From positions 7,176 through 71,175 of the forward strand of contig JBIKWN010000005.1 in the NCBI GenBank assembly GCA_044356295.1: DNA of 64,000 nt. Direction: 5' to 3'. A model generated the notes under the pieces. It was not told the origin of the DNA, did not search any database, and saw nothing but the letters and a program-made list of their open reading frames with translations. Shown here piece after piece: positions 28,239 through 38,411 of the stretch. The translations under genes and the position numbers were made by a program. Source of the stretch: Bdellovibrionota bacterium (GTDB lineage Bacteria; Bdellovibrionota_C; UBA2361; JBIKWN01). Position 1 is the first letter of the stretch, and every line of letters begins with the position of its first letter.

Positions 28239-29411
28239 ATGAACATTATCAGAATTATCTACCTATTGTTTTACGGTATTATTGGATGCCACTTGCCATA
28301 TTATCCGCTTTATTTATCCTCGATTGGATATTCTACTTCTGAAATTGGATTTTTTGTTGGTTTGCAAGGCATATCAGTTTTAGTAATGCCACTTATCTCT
28401 GGATTCTTTTCTGATACTTTTAAGGGAGCTGCACTTTTTCAAAAAAGATTATTTGCATTTGGATGTTTTGTTTTTCTAACGAGTATTGCATTCGTTGAAT
28501 CCTTCTTATTGCTCAGTATTTTCTCATTTTTACTTGGCATTTGTATGAATCCGCTTTTTAGCCTGATAGATACCTGGGTGATGCAAAGAATGAAATACCA
28601 TGAGTTTGAAATGGATCGATTTGCGTCTTGTCGTGTCTGGGGCAGTATCGGATTTATTGTTCCCACTGCAATTTTTTGGTTACTGAGTTTTTATTATCAA
28701 CTTAATTATCAACTGCTTTTATTAATGGGCTCCGCTTTTGCTTTATGCCTTTTCTTATTTTTGTTAAATAATAAATTAAATTTCCCGATCAATGCCATAG
28801 AGGAGACCTCAGTACTAAAGAGAAATCCTCTTCGACTTGCTCTTACTGCTTATACACATAAAGAACATCGACCTGTTTTCTTTGCGACATTTTGTATTGC
28901 AGCAGCAATGGGGGTGTATTATTCGATGTTTTCTTTGTTGTTGCAGTCGCTACATCTTACTCCAGTTGCGATAGGAATAATGTACAATCTAGGTGTTGTT
29001 GCAGAAGTCTGTTTTCTTTTTATTATCCCTCGTTTTAGTCAAAGAATTTCATTAACTCAAGGTATTACCATTGCAGCAATTGCAACATTTTTGCGGTTTC
29101 TGATCTTATCTTCTACTGAAGCAGTAGATGTTATAGCGATATCACAAATAACTCATGGCTTTATCATCTGGGGAATTGCAGTGCTTGCTAGTATGTATAT
29201 TAGTTCGATAGCAAAAGATGAAAATAGATACTCATTGTTTTCTTTGTATCAAATGATGCAAGGGGGAGTTGCTCGAGTTGTTGGAGCTTTCTTGGTGCCT
29301 TGGCTTGTGGGTCTTTTTGTGACCGATCCTCATGCAGTACTGCATTATTCTATGCTAGTTGCCAGTTTGATTGCTTTGTTGGGTTTTGCCGCATTGCAGG
29401 CAAAAACTTAG
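28239..29411 (+). CDS. MFS-type transporter
   Basis: About 12 predicted TM segments in a 390-aa hydrophobic protein with an MFS-like loop organisation. Confidence 0.6.
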   Translation: MNIIRIIYLLFYGIIGCHLPYYPLYLSSIGYSTSEIGFFVGLQGISVLVMPLISGFFSDTFKGAALFQKRLFAFGCFVFLTSIAFVESFLLLSIFSFLLGICMNPLFSLIDTWVMQRMKYHEFEMDRFASCRVWGSIGFIVPTAIFWLLSFYYQLNYQLLLLMGSAFALCLFLFLLNNKLNFPINAIEETSVLKRNPLRLALTAYTHKEHRPVFFATFCIAAAMGVYYSMFSLLLQSLHLTPVAIGIMYNLGVVAEVCFLFIIPRFSQRISLTQGITIAAIATFLRFLILSSTEAVDVIAISQITHGFIIWGIAVLASMYISSIAKDENRYSLFSLYQMMQGGVARVVGAFLVPWLVGLFVTDPHAVLHYSMLVASLIALLGFAALQAKT

Positions 29412-29477
29412 AAATTTTATAGAAATAATATACTTTATTGAAATATCTTAGGTTGTACGATCAAGATATTATAAACC

Positions 29478-30563
29478 TTGATGGAATTTGATGGACGAAG
29501 TGAATTTGATAATTCTTTGGGCAAAGAATCCCTTCGTGTACCTATAACATATAATTTTCCTAAAATAGCACGCGCCTCTTTCATGGTGGAGGAAGTTCAC
29601 GAGTCATGCGAAAAAATAAAAACATTAATTCTTGATCGAGAGATACCGTATTTCCTAGCATCTTTAAAGAAAGTTTCCCCTGATTTAGCAAAAACCTATG
29701 AATCGCTTTGTATCGATAGGCAAGGCGGGATCAATCCTATACCTCGTATTGAAGAGTTTACGAAAATTATTTATGAACCTTTAAAAAGAATCTTACTTTC
29801 AGGAGAAGATTGTGAAGATAAACAGCGATGTACATTTTCGCTACATCGATTTTTTGAACTTCAAAGAGTTTATTCACAGTTTTTGAGAAAAGGTCCATTG
29901 GTTACTTTGTATCAAACAGCCAAACGATCACGAGAGCTTATTGATCGTTCGCCGCCTAACTTGCCTTATGATGAATTCAAATTGAAAGGGCAACGATCTG
30001 TTTATTTACATAAAAATTGGTTTAGCACTGAGATATTTGTACCAATTGCAAAAAAAGCTCTAGCCTTTCAAAAATACTCCCCCCAGCAGCTTCAAGAGTT
30101 ACTTTTTGCCGACAGTCTGGAATCAGAATTAGATATTGAATTAAGAAAAGCTTCAATTACAGGAATAAGAGGAGTCCTCGGTGGAGGACATTTCGATACA
30201 CGCTTATCTCAATTATCAAAATTACCTGGAATAGATGCAAAATCTGGAAATACTTATATTGTTTGTTCTGATAAGTATACAAAAGCAATGGTTCGTAGCT
30301 ATCTTGATTCCATAAATCCGAACGGAGTTATTACCTTAGTGAGTAGTGCCGACGAGCAAAGAGCTGAGCTTACGGATGAAAAGATATTTAGTAAAAAATC
30401 TAATCTTATATTCTTTGGTGTTGGTCCTTTGACTATTCCGTTGTTTGAGAGGATTGCTCAGAGTGACACTGCTAAAGAAAAACCTAGAATTACATTTCTT
30501 TGTTTTAGTAATTCTCCTGATGCTTGGACACTGAAAGAGAAATTAGGCGTTATTCCGTTTTAA
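29478..30563 (+). CDS. Hypothetical protein
   Basis: 361-aa ORF with no recognisable motif. Confidence 0.4.
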   Translation: MMEFDGRSEFDNSLGKESLRVPITYNFPKIARASFMVEEVHESCEKIKTLILDREIPYFLASLKKVSPDLAKTYESLCIDRQGGINPIPRIEEFTKIIYEPLKRILLSGEDCEDKQRCTFSLHRFFELQRVYSQFLRKGPLVTLYQTAKRSRELIDRSPPNLPYDEFKLKGQRSVYLHKNWFSTEIFVPIAKKALAFQKYSPQQLQELLFADSLESELDIELRKASITGIRGVLGGGHFDTRLSQLSKLPGIDAKSGNTYIVCSDKYTKAMVRSYLDSINPNGVITLVSSADEQRAELTDEKIFSKKSNLIFFGVGPLTIPLFERIAQSDTAKEKPRITFLCFSNSPDAWTLKEKLGVIPF

Positions 30564-31602
30564 GAAAATATATACCTGCTTGACCAAATCCTGCTGTCAT
30601 TGGGAATTCTTGTGGGAATTTCATCATCAACGAACTCTCAAGGACTGCGGCAATAGAAGGTTTTATTTTACCAAGTCCTTCAAGTGAAGCTCTAAAATGG
30701 AAATCAAGTTCTTCTGCACTCATAATGAATATCTTTCCATGTTCAGGATCAGTTTTTTCGTGTCTACGAGTTGTGCTTATTATTGTAGAGCTGTTCTCGC
30801 CAGCAGTAGAGAGGGGCAATCCCATTCTTCGAGCATAGAGTTGAGAAATAAGTGCAATTTCAAATCCAATAGCAGTTTGATCCTGTGCAAATTCATTTGG
30901 AATTCCTAATACAATACCTTGTTGTAAGTCTGATTCATCAGCGGATTGAAGAACACGCAGTGCTCTTTTACCCCATACAGAAAGCCCTGAATGTTCTTCG
31001 AGGGGCTGATCTTCAACAATTTTAGCAGAGTAATGAATGATTAACTCACCACATAATTTTTCCAACTCAGGTTTTCCGAATCTTGAACCCTTATTTTCAC
31101 GTTGAGTTCTAATCTTTTTGAATTCTCTATATCCTTGTGATTCATTTGAGCCATTCGAAACAGGTGTAAGAAGATCGCAAAGTGAATCACTAAGAACGCT
31201 ACGAAATGCACCAGCTATCCCAACTGTCATCAAAGCCCCAGCACAAGCAGAATCTTCTTGAATAAGATTTCTAAGTGCAACTTGATAGGCAGCCATTGGT
31301 GAATTATGACGTCTGGCAATTTCACCTAAGACCCTTTTGGCTGCTTTTTTAACGAGATCGGGAATATTTTGATTATCAATCTTAGATTTTAGTGAAGAAA
31401 TATCATTTTCAAATTTTTTGTTCACTGAAGTATCAACAGAGGATCCTTTCCAAAACAGTAATCCTGCATCCCCATCCCCAGTATCTACGGTGACTGGGTC
31501 AAAGCCATTTTTAACGAGTCTTGAATCAAGATCTTTTTCAACCTCAAAAGGTCTTTCTGACTGCGAAAAGCCGGTATAATGTATTGATGTAAGATTACGC
31601 AT
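30550..31602 (-). CDS. Hypothetical protein
   Basis: 350-aa ORF. It is convergent with, and overlaps by 14 nt, the preceding gene. I could not place it in a family. Confidence 0.4.
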   Translation of the reverse strand: MRNLTSIHYTGFSQSERPFEVEKDLDSRLVKNGFDPVTVDTGDGDAGLLFWKGSSVDTSVNKKFENDISSLKSKIDNQNIPDLVKKAAKRVLGEIARRHNSPMAAYQVALRNLIQEDSACAGALMTVGIAGAFRSVLSDSLCDLLTPVSNGSNESQGYREFKKIRTQRENKGSRFGKPELEKLCGELIIHYSAKIVEDQPLEEHSGLSVWGKRALRVLQSADESDLQQGIVLGIPNEFAQDQTAIGFEIALISQLYARRMGLPLSTAGENSSTIISTTRRHEKTDPEHGKIFIMSAEELDFHFRASLEGLGKIKPSIAAVLESSLMMKFPQEFPMTAGFGQAGIYFLKTE

Positions 31603-31642
31603 GATATTTAAGACGTTATGGCACTAAAAAAAGAAGTGTAAC

Positions 31643-32287
31643 TTATTGAAAAGTTCCCAGAGCATCCGCTACGGCTTGTAGGTCTTTTTCCTCAACCATC
31701 ACCATAAGATCTGTCCAGCAGCTCATTTCTTCAAGTACGTTGATATTATGCTCTGCAAAAAGGCGATACACAAAAGCTATAACCCCTGGAATCGTCTCAA
31801 TTTTTCTTGAAAAACGCATATGCACCCTTACAAGGTCCTCGCTAATGCGAAGAATTCTTCCTTTAAATGCTGTTTTTACTTCACTCAGAAGTGTTTCTGA
31901 GATGATGAGGGTCACAACATCTTCCCCTTCAATTAATGAAAAAGTACTCCCTTCATCGTTTGCTTCGTCTCGTAGCACTGAAAGCCGTTCAAAGCTCCTT
32001 GGCTTTTCAATAATAACGACAGCCATCTTCGTTTGAAGATTCACACTGGATCTCTTCATGACTTGGAGGATTGTTTCATCTTTACCGGATTTTTTTGGTC
32101 TCCGTTTGATAATCCTTCTGCATGCCATAAGTACTGCATCAAATTGTCGGATGTTTGCTTGACTACATATAAGTCTCGCTAAAGCAGAATAATTTACAAG
32201 CCCACGCTGAGCACAATCGGCAATGCTTTGGTTGTCTGCAAGGAATTTTCTAATAACTTTGGAAGTCGGTTGCATAGATATGTTCAA
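31643..32287 (-). CDS. Hypothetical protein with an ACT-like C-terminal region
   Basis: 214 aa. The C-terminal IPGVIAFVYRLFAEHNINVLEE resembles an ACT ligand-binding fold. This is a weak call. Confidence 0.35.
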   Translation of the reverse strand: MNISMQPTSKVIRKFLADNQSIADCAQRGLVNYSALARLICSQANIRQFDAVLMACRRIIKRRPKKSGKDETILQVMKRSSVNLQTKMAVVIIEKPRSFERLSVLRDEANDEGSTFSLIEGEDVVTLIISETLLSEVKTAFKGRILRISEDLVRVHMRFSRKIETIPGVIAFVYRLFAEHNINVLEEMSCWTDLMVMVEEKDLQAVADALGTFQ

Positions 32288-32289
32288 AT

Positions 32290-32997
32290 TTGAACATTTT
32301 TGTTTATAAATGTTCTTCTTGCAACATTTTTTTAAGGGATCCCTCTTACAGCAAATTTTTAATCTGGTACCCTTTATTAATCTTGAAAACTGCTCTTCGA
32401 ATCGTATCTCAACCTTTTCCCTTAATAACTGTCCAAAGAGCGACTGCTGATCACTTGTGCTTTGTTGAACAGATCATTGAGCTTATTGCTCTATCAGCTA
32501 AAGAGCGTGGGACAGGCAGAGGCATAAGAAGCTACGAGGAAATTGCGGGTAAAATTAACAAAGGCCAGGCAGTTATATCAATCTCGCCAGAAGGTAAATT
32601 TGTTGGATTTTGTTATGTAGAAGGGTATGACGAAGGGAAGTACTTTGCGAATTCTGCCCTTATTGTCTCACATGAATTTAGAGGCTTCGGAATATCTAGA
32701 CAGTTAAAGATCGAAGCATTTCGCCTTGGAGCAAAGATTTTCCCAGGAGCAAGCCCAATATCAATTACCACAAGTGCACCTGTGATGAAGTTAAATGGAG
32801 AGCTTGGGTATAAAGCAGTTACTTTCTCTGAAATTAGTTCGGATCCTAAATTCTGGGAAGGCTGCAAGGGATGTGTTAACTATAGCCTTCTTACCAAATT
32901 AGATGGCAAGAACTGTATCTGTACTGCGATGAAGGCAGAGCCACCAAAAGCAAAAAGTGCTTTGTCTAGACTGCGTTCTGTTAAAAAGAGCAGCTAA
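32290..32997 (+). CDS. GNAT-family N-acetyltransferase
   Basis: Acetyl-CoA motif A: IVSHEFRGFGISRQL (R/Q-xx-G-x-G/A). The true start is probably internal to the 235-aa track ORF. Confidence 0.5.
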   Translation: MNIFVYKCSSCNIFLRDPSYSKFLIWYPLLILKTALRIVSQPFPLITVQRATADHLCFVEQIIELIALSAKERGTGRGIRSYEEIAGKINKGQAVISISPEGKFVGFCYVEGYDEGKYFANSALIVSHEFRGFGISRQLKIEAFRLGAKIFPGASPISITTSAPVMKLNGELGYKAVTFSEISSDPKFWEGCKGCVNYSLLTKLDGKNCICTAMKAEPPKAKSALSRLRSVKKSS

Positions 32998-33101
32998 TTA
33001 TTTAAAATTTATCTTTATTATTTCTATTTCTTCTATCGCTTTAGGAGTACGAAACTGTGTGGCATCGCCTTCTTTAGCGTTCATTCACACTGTACCAGTT
33101 C

Positions 33102-35684
33102 TTGCGTGAAGGGTTATTGCTGTTTGAGCATTGGGTGAGGCTCTCTGAAATTTATTGGATTAGCCACCAAAAAGACGGGATACTACTGAGCTGTAGTATC
33201 ATGACGCATCCAGCTTTCTCCTATTCTAAATTGCCCACTGATGAACTAAATGGCGGGCAAAGTGTTTTTAGTTCTGTATTAAAAAGTCTAGCTGAGGCTG
33301 AAAAGTTTGATGCGCCCCTTCTTCTATTAACACTCACTAGGTTGGCGGCAGTTATATCCGATGAGTCATCATCAAAAATTGAGGCAGCCCGTTGTAGTGC
33401 AATGCTTGGTTACATTCTTAGTTATGTAACCATGAAGATAAGTGATCACATTAATAACGTTGATGAAGATAACGAATTTTTTGAATTAAAAAAAATCTGT
33501 ACGCTGTTGAATGAGCAATATAGTGCAATGTCTCAAGATTCTGAAGGCTTGCTTTTGGCGGCACTCACGCCGGGGGTTCCTGAAAGTTTTGTTAATTATT
33601 GTGTAAAAAGTATTTTTTCTTCATCTTCTTTTTATTCAAACAAGATAAATACAACAAGCGTCGTTCGTGCATTTTCATCTGAATGGAGGGTTGCATTTGA
33701 TACACTACGTTCTGAAGAAGCTATGCCTATCCAAGTGGGGCTTGCATTGGCTGTCAGCATGTTGAGTGAGAATATCGACAATCATACATTCATTTTTAGT
33801 TTGCTCCATCAAAAGTGGAGGAGTCACCCTTTTGTCATCTCAATATTGTTTAACACTGAAAGCAACGCTCATTTATCATCCTATCCACTGACTTCAGATT
33901 CTAAGCACAGTACATTCCAAATTGTTAACGAACGTTTGGCTGAAATTGTTTGTGATTCAATTCGGCAAGATGAAGACCCTCGCAAATCTGAAGCACTCAT
34001 TCCTTTATTGCAGAAAACCGACTCAATGGATGAGTATTCACTGGTATTAAATGGAGCACGTATTGCCGGTGCACCATGGCTCAACCGTGCTTTGGTCAGT
34101 GCGATTGGTAACTTCACGCAAGCGAGTAGAGAGCTTTATAATGCCATCACTGCTTTAACTGATCACGGTGGTCCAGAATGTGTTGAAGCGCTTCGTATAG
34201 GACGATCACATTACCCGAAAGGTGATGAACGTTGGTTTTTAGCTACCTTGGGTATGGCGCAACATGATGATCCTGAGGCACTTGATCAGATTTCCAAAGC
34301 TGCAGCAAAGAATTCCATGAATCTTTGGGCATCCATAAACGGTGAAGAGTTTGTTGAGAAAATTGAAAACGATAAGACTGGTAAGCTTACCAACGTGCTT
34401 TGGAATGGTATCTATAAATGTGGAAAAGCGCAGTCTGAAACTATATTGTTCGCACTCTTAAATAAGAAAATTGATGATCAATTAATAATTCCACGTGCTG
34501 AATTAGAAGAATATGTTCAGAAGATATTATCTTCGAAAAAACTTCAACCCTTCGAACTATCGATTGCATTGAAAATAGGAACAGTATTTCAGATTAGTCT
34601 ATCAGACGATCAGCTTAGCGCAGTCATATCAAAAAAATATCGAAGAAATGATTTGATTTCTTCGATAAGTAGTTTCTTAGTGAGTAATCTTAATCAAAAT
34701 TATCCTGAAACATTCAAGATAATTCGTGCAAAGTACCCTAAACTTATTAGGACTGTTGAAAACATCGAACTCATTAAATCTGGTTCACTTTCTCCACTCA
34801 TGTTACCTCTCAAACTAACAGCTGACTTCAGTGTTTATAAGGCTATTTTATCGGATTGCGTCCAATTTGCTTCTTATGTTGTTTTGCCTGCGTTAAACGA
34901 TGAGGTATTAGAAGCAAACTATTTAAATTCACTTTTCTCAAATAAGGCGAATCGTGAAGAATTCTATGAGGGCCTTGAAGAGGGAGCCCGCCAATTAGAG
35001 AGTCAAGACAAACGAGATGATGCTTTTCAATTGCGCACATACCGAGAAGCACTTATCACCTCTCAAGCGCTCGGAATTAGTAAACCTTTTCGATTTAAGC
35101 CATCGGAGCTACTTCAATTAACTCAGGCAAGGATGCATCCAAAATCTTGCCAAGGAAAGCCAATCGTCGTTATGTGTTTTGCATCGTTTGATTGGAATGG
35201 TGCTTTCAGTAATCTTAGTTCGATCCTTAAGCCGTACTTTGAAAACAATTATGCGGTTTTATACTATGAAATTAAAGAGAAAGAAGAACTTGTAGACGCT
35301 CTAGAAGAAGTTCGAGTTGAATATCATCAGAAGGCATCAGCGATTTGGATCGCTGCTCATGCGGCGCCACAGTCGTTACAATATTCAAAAATGAATCCTG
35401 AACACGATCTCACAACAGAAGATTCCCAGATCCTCCGTAACCTCTCTTTGAATCGAACACTTGAGCCAGGTGGACAGTTAATTCTAAAGGGCTGTTCGAC
35501 GAAACGACCTCTCGCTGGCGCTTTAACAATCGGAAGTTCATTTGAATTTGCCGCATCAAGCGTTAAAGATGTTGAAGTGGTTGCTTCAGAATTAATTACC
35601 TATACAAGTATGTTTTCCTTTGCTTTATCCAGTGATAAAAAAGTCAGAGTATCGCTTCCGCGAAGAGGAATTTCAGGCGGTTAA
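33102..35684 (+). CDS. Large hypothetical protein (860 aa)
   Basis: Long uninterrupted ORF that looks helical-rich and has no motif I recognise. Confidence 0.45.
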   Translation: MREGLLLFEHWVRLSEIYWISHQKDGILLSCSIMTHPAFSYSKLPTDELNGGQSVFSSVLKSLAEAEKFDAPLLLLTLTRLAAVISDESSSKIEAARCSAMLGYILSYVTMKISDHINNVDEDNEFFELKKICTLLNEQYSAMSQDSEGLLLAALTPGVPESFVNYCVKSIFSSSSFYSNKINTTSVVRAFSSEWRVAFDTLRSEEAMPIQVGLALAVSMLSENIDNHTFIFSLLHQKWRSHPFVISILFNTESNAHLSSYPLTSDSKHSTFQIVNERLAEIVCDSIRQDEDPRKSEALIPLLQKTDSMDEYSLVLNGARIAGAPWLNRALVSAIGNFTQASRELYNAITALTDHGGPECVEALRIGRSHYPKGDERWFLATLGMAQHDDPEALDQISKAAAKNSMNLWASINGEEFVEKIENDKTGKLTNVLWNGIYKCGKAQSETILFALLNKKIDDQLIIPRAELEEYVQKILSSKKLQPFELSIALKIGTVFQISLSDDQLSAVISKKYRRNDLISSISSFLVSNLNQNYPETFKIIRAKYPKLIRTVENIELIKSGSLSPLMLPLKLTADFSVYKAILSDCVQFASYVVLPALNDEVLEANYLNSLFSNKANREEFYEGLEEGARQLESQDKRDDAFQLRTYREALITSQALGISKPFRFKPSELLQLTQARMHPKSCQGKPIVVMCFASFDWNGAFSNLSSILKPYFENNYAVLYYEIKEKEELVDALEEVRVEYHQKASAIWIAAHAAPQSLQYSKMNPEHDLTTEDSQILRNLSLNRTLEPGGQLILKGCSTKRPLAGALTIGSSFEFAASSVKDVEVVASELITYTSMFSFALSSDKKVRVSLPRRGISGG

Positions 35685-35754
35685 GGTGTTTAGAATTTCG
35701 GCCAATCGCTCGCGATTAAGTGATCCACGTTGTATAAGAGTCTAGTTTCTTAAA

Positions 35755-36309
35755 TCACTTAAACTGTATCTTAATAATCTCAATCTCTTGTATCCCTTTT
35801 GGAGATCGAAATTGAATAGTATCTCCTTCTCGAGCATTCATTAACGCTGATGCCAGCGGGCTTTGCCAGCTAATTTTACCCAGAGTAATCTCTGCTTCAT
35901 CAACACCAACAATTTGATAAGTCTTTTGTTCGTCGTCTTCATTACAGATCGTGACAGTTGCACCAAAGCTAACGATATCTTTTTTAGAAACGGCGGCAGG
36001 ATCAATTGCTTCAGCACTTCGAATCCTTTTACCAAGAAACCCAAGTTCTCGGTCAATTGCCCGAAGCCTTCGTTTGCCGTATTGATAGTCAGCATTTTCG
36101 GATCGATCTCCGTTTTCGGCTGCCCATGAAACAGTTTTTACTACTTCGGGGCGTTCGCCGTATTTAAGCTGTTTGTAACGTGATTTTAAGTTTTCAAGAC
36201 CTGCTGGGGTAATGTAGTTTTTACCTTGAAGTGTTGGGGAAACAACTTTTTCATCTTCGAAGTCTTCGTCTTCGAGGTAGTCGTCTTCTTTGGTAAAGGC
36301 TTTGTTCAT
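35755..36309 (-). CDS. greA: GreA/GreB-family transcription elongation factor
   Basis: N-terminal coiled-coil with acidic tip residues (KEDDYLEDEDFED...); C-terminal FKBP-like Gre domain (...GATVTICNEDDEQKTYQIVGVDEAEITLGKISWQSPLASALMNAREGDTIQF). Confidence 0.75.
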   Translation of the reverse strand: MNKAFTKEDDYLEDEDFEDEKVVSPTLQGKNYITPAGLENLKSRYKQLKYGERPEVVKTVSWAAENGDRSENADYQYGKRRLRAIDRELGFLGKRIRSAEAIDPAAVSKKDIVSFGATVTICNEDDEQKTYQIVGVDEAEITLGKISWQSPLASALMNAREGDTIQFRSPKGIQEIEIIKIQFK

Positions 36310-36461
36310 TTCATAACGAGTATAGCTAATGTTGGGTTATTGTAGAAGTTTTAGATTCCTTGCGCTTTGCTTGTAAATATTTACTATAGGAAACTAGTTT
36401 CAGTAATGTAAGCATAGTGAAATAGAGGTATCATTTCGTATCTATTAGTTTCAGTACCTAA

Positions 36462-36680
36462 ATGAAAAAGAAAAAAAAACCAGAGCGTTTCGGACTCATT
36501 TATAAAGGCTTCTCGTTTGAAGAAGCTGAGAAAGCATCCAAATCTTTTTGGATTAATATGCCGTTAGCCCAAAAACTAGAAGCAGTTACTCAAGTTATTC
36601 AAGATACCTATCTTTTAAAAGGAATTGACTTTCATGCACTCAGACTTCTTAGAACTACTGCTATTATTAGAAAAGCATAA
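36462..36680 (+). CDS. Small hypothetical protein, partner ORF of the downstream nucleotidyltransferase-like gene
   Basis: 72-aa ORF overlapping the next gene by 56 nt; its N-terminus is Lys-rich. Confidence 0.3.
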   Translation: MKKKKKPERFGLIYKGFSFEEAEKASKSFWINMPLAQKLEAVTQVIQDTYLLKGIDFHALRLLRTTAIIRKA

Positions 36681-37068
36681 AGTAAAGTACTTACTGATCG
36701 GCGGATATGCAGTTGGTATTTATGCCGAACCAAGAGCGACTAAAGATTTGGATGTTTGGGTTGATGCTTCCTTAGAAAACGGTCGTCGCTTACTGAAAGC
36801 ATTAAAGTCATTTGGTGCTCCAACTGATAATCTATCAGAGAAAGATATTCAAATACCTGGACTGTTATATATCTTTGGGATTCCTCCTCTAAGAGTAGAT
36901 ATTCTCAATCGTGTTGGAAAAGAAGTTTTTAAAGAAGCATATAAGAAAAGGCATATCGTTCAGATCGGTAAAGTTAAGGTTTCAGTTGTTCCAAAAGAAG
37001 TACTTAAAAAAATGAAGAAAGCTGCAGGTCGTCCGCAGGATAAAGCTGATCTGAAGAAATTACAGTAA
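36625..37068 (+). CDS. Nucleotidyltransferase-fold-like small protein
   Basis: YLLIGGYAVGIYAEPRATKDLDVWVD matches the GG-x-A...R-x-T-x-DLD pattern of minimal nucleotidyltransferase (AbiEii/MNT-like) proteins. Confidence 0.4.
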   Translation: MTFMHSDFLELLLLLEKHKVKYLLIGGYAVGIYAEPRATKDLDVWVDASLENGRRLLKALKSFGAPTDNLSEKDIQIPGLLYIFGIPPLRVDILNRVGKEVFKEAYKKRHIVQIGKVKVSVVPKEVLKKMKKAAGRPQDKADLKKLQ

Positions 37069-37169
37069 TTTTTTTAAAGATTTAAAATTTATATCGCTTA
37101 GCCTGATATATACTAAGTCTGCTGATTACTACTTAGTGTCTTAGGCAAGAAAAGAGTACACTACCAACA

Positions 37170-38405
37170 ATGAAAGTACGAGCAGAATCCCTAGCAATCG
37201 GCGGCAGCATGGTCTGTTCGAATACCGATCCTGAAGACAAAAAGAAAATTTTTGTTCCATATCTAATACCTGGTGAAACTGCAGAAGTACTTATTACTTC
37301 CCAGAAAAGCTCACTTCAAGAAGGCAAAGTTGTAGAAGTCATAACACCAGATAAATCCCGAGTTAAACCTCCGTGTGATGCATTTACAATCTGTGGTGGA
37401 TGCCAACTCCAGCATATTGCTACAAAATCGCAACGTGATATCAAAATTGAGATGATTCGAAGTTACTTTGATCGTCAAACAAAACTAAAAGATATTCAGG
37501 TTATCAATGCATCTGAAGGACTTCCTGATTACGGATATAGGAGGAGGGCAACATTTCACCTTTCACATGAAGGGCTTCTTGGATTTCATGCTGGAGGTAC
37601 ACGGTCAGTAGTACCAATTCAAGATTGTCTGATTGTAGAGCCGGCGATTTCAAAACTTATTCCGACGCTTCAAGCAATCGCTCAAAAATTATCAGACCGA
37701 GTTACTACTATTGAAGTTTCAATAGGCCATAAAAACTCAATCGTTTTTATGGTACGAGACCGCACTCATCCAAAAGATTTACAACGAGAACTCGAGCAGT
37801 TTCAGCGTAAACATAAAGAAGATATCTATATTAAAACGAAGCAGCAGACATTTTTTCTTTCTGCACATGGAATAATCCCAAGTCACAGTGATCATGGGCA
37901 CTTTTCACAGGTTAACCGACTCGGAAATGAAAGGTTACACGCAGTCGTATCCGGCGCGGTGGCGAAGCAATCATCAACTGCCACTGAGCTTTATGCAGGA
38001 AGTGGTAATTTTACATTTGAACTTGCTGCGCGTGGATATCAAGTTAATGCAATTGAATTGGATGCACAACTTGTGAAAGCAGGTCAGCAAAAAGCAATGG
38101 AAACAAAAAACGGTAAAAAGATTACTTTTTATCAAAGTCCATGTGAAACATGGGTGAAAAAAAATGACCTTTCTGAATTAGTTTTACTTGATCCGCCACG
38201 TGCTGGCGCAAAAGATGTAATCCGTCTTGCAAGGTGGGAACAGGTAAAACAAATTATTTATATAAGTTGCAGTTTGCCATCATTTGCAAGAGATGCTGAA
38301 TCCCTTGTGACTGGGAATGGCTTTACTCTTAAAGCTGTGTCTTTTGTAGATATGTTTCCTCAAACACATCATGTAGAATTAGTCGGAGTATTTTCTCGGG
38401 ACTAA
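37170..38405 (+). CDS. rlmD: 23S rRNA (uracil-C5)-methyltransferase RlmD (RumA)-like, with TRAM domain and Fe-S Cys cluster
   Basis: N-terminal TRAM-like beta region; the Cys cluster CDAFTICGGCQLQHI; SAM motif LYAGSGNFTFELA; motif IV LLDPPRAGA. Confidence 0.75.
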   Translation: MKVRAESLAIGGSMVCSNTDPEDKKKIFVPYLIPGETAEVLITSQKSSLQEGKVVEVITPDKSRVKPPCDAFTICGGCQLQHIATKSQRDIKIEMIRSYFDRQTKLKDIQVINASEGLPDYGYRRRATFHLSHEGLLGFHAGGTRSVVPIQDCLIVEPAISKLIPTLQAIAQKLSDRVTTIEVSIGHKNSIVFMVRDRTHPKDLQRELEQFQRKHKEDIYIKTKQQTFFLSAHGIIPSHSDHGHFSQVNRLGNERLHAVVSGAVAKQSSTATELYAGSGNFTFELAARGYQVNAIELDAQLVKAGQQKAMETKNGKKITFYQSPCETWVKKNDLSELVLLDPPRAGAKDVIRLARWEQVKQIIYISCSLPSFARDAESLVTGNGFTLKAVSFVDMFPQTHHVELVGVFSRD

Positions 38406-38411
38406 AGCTTA

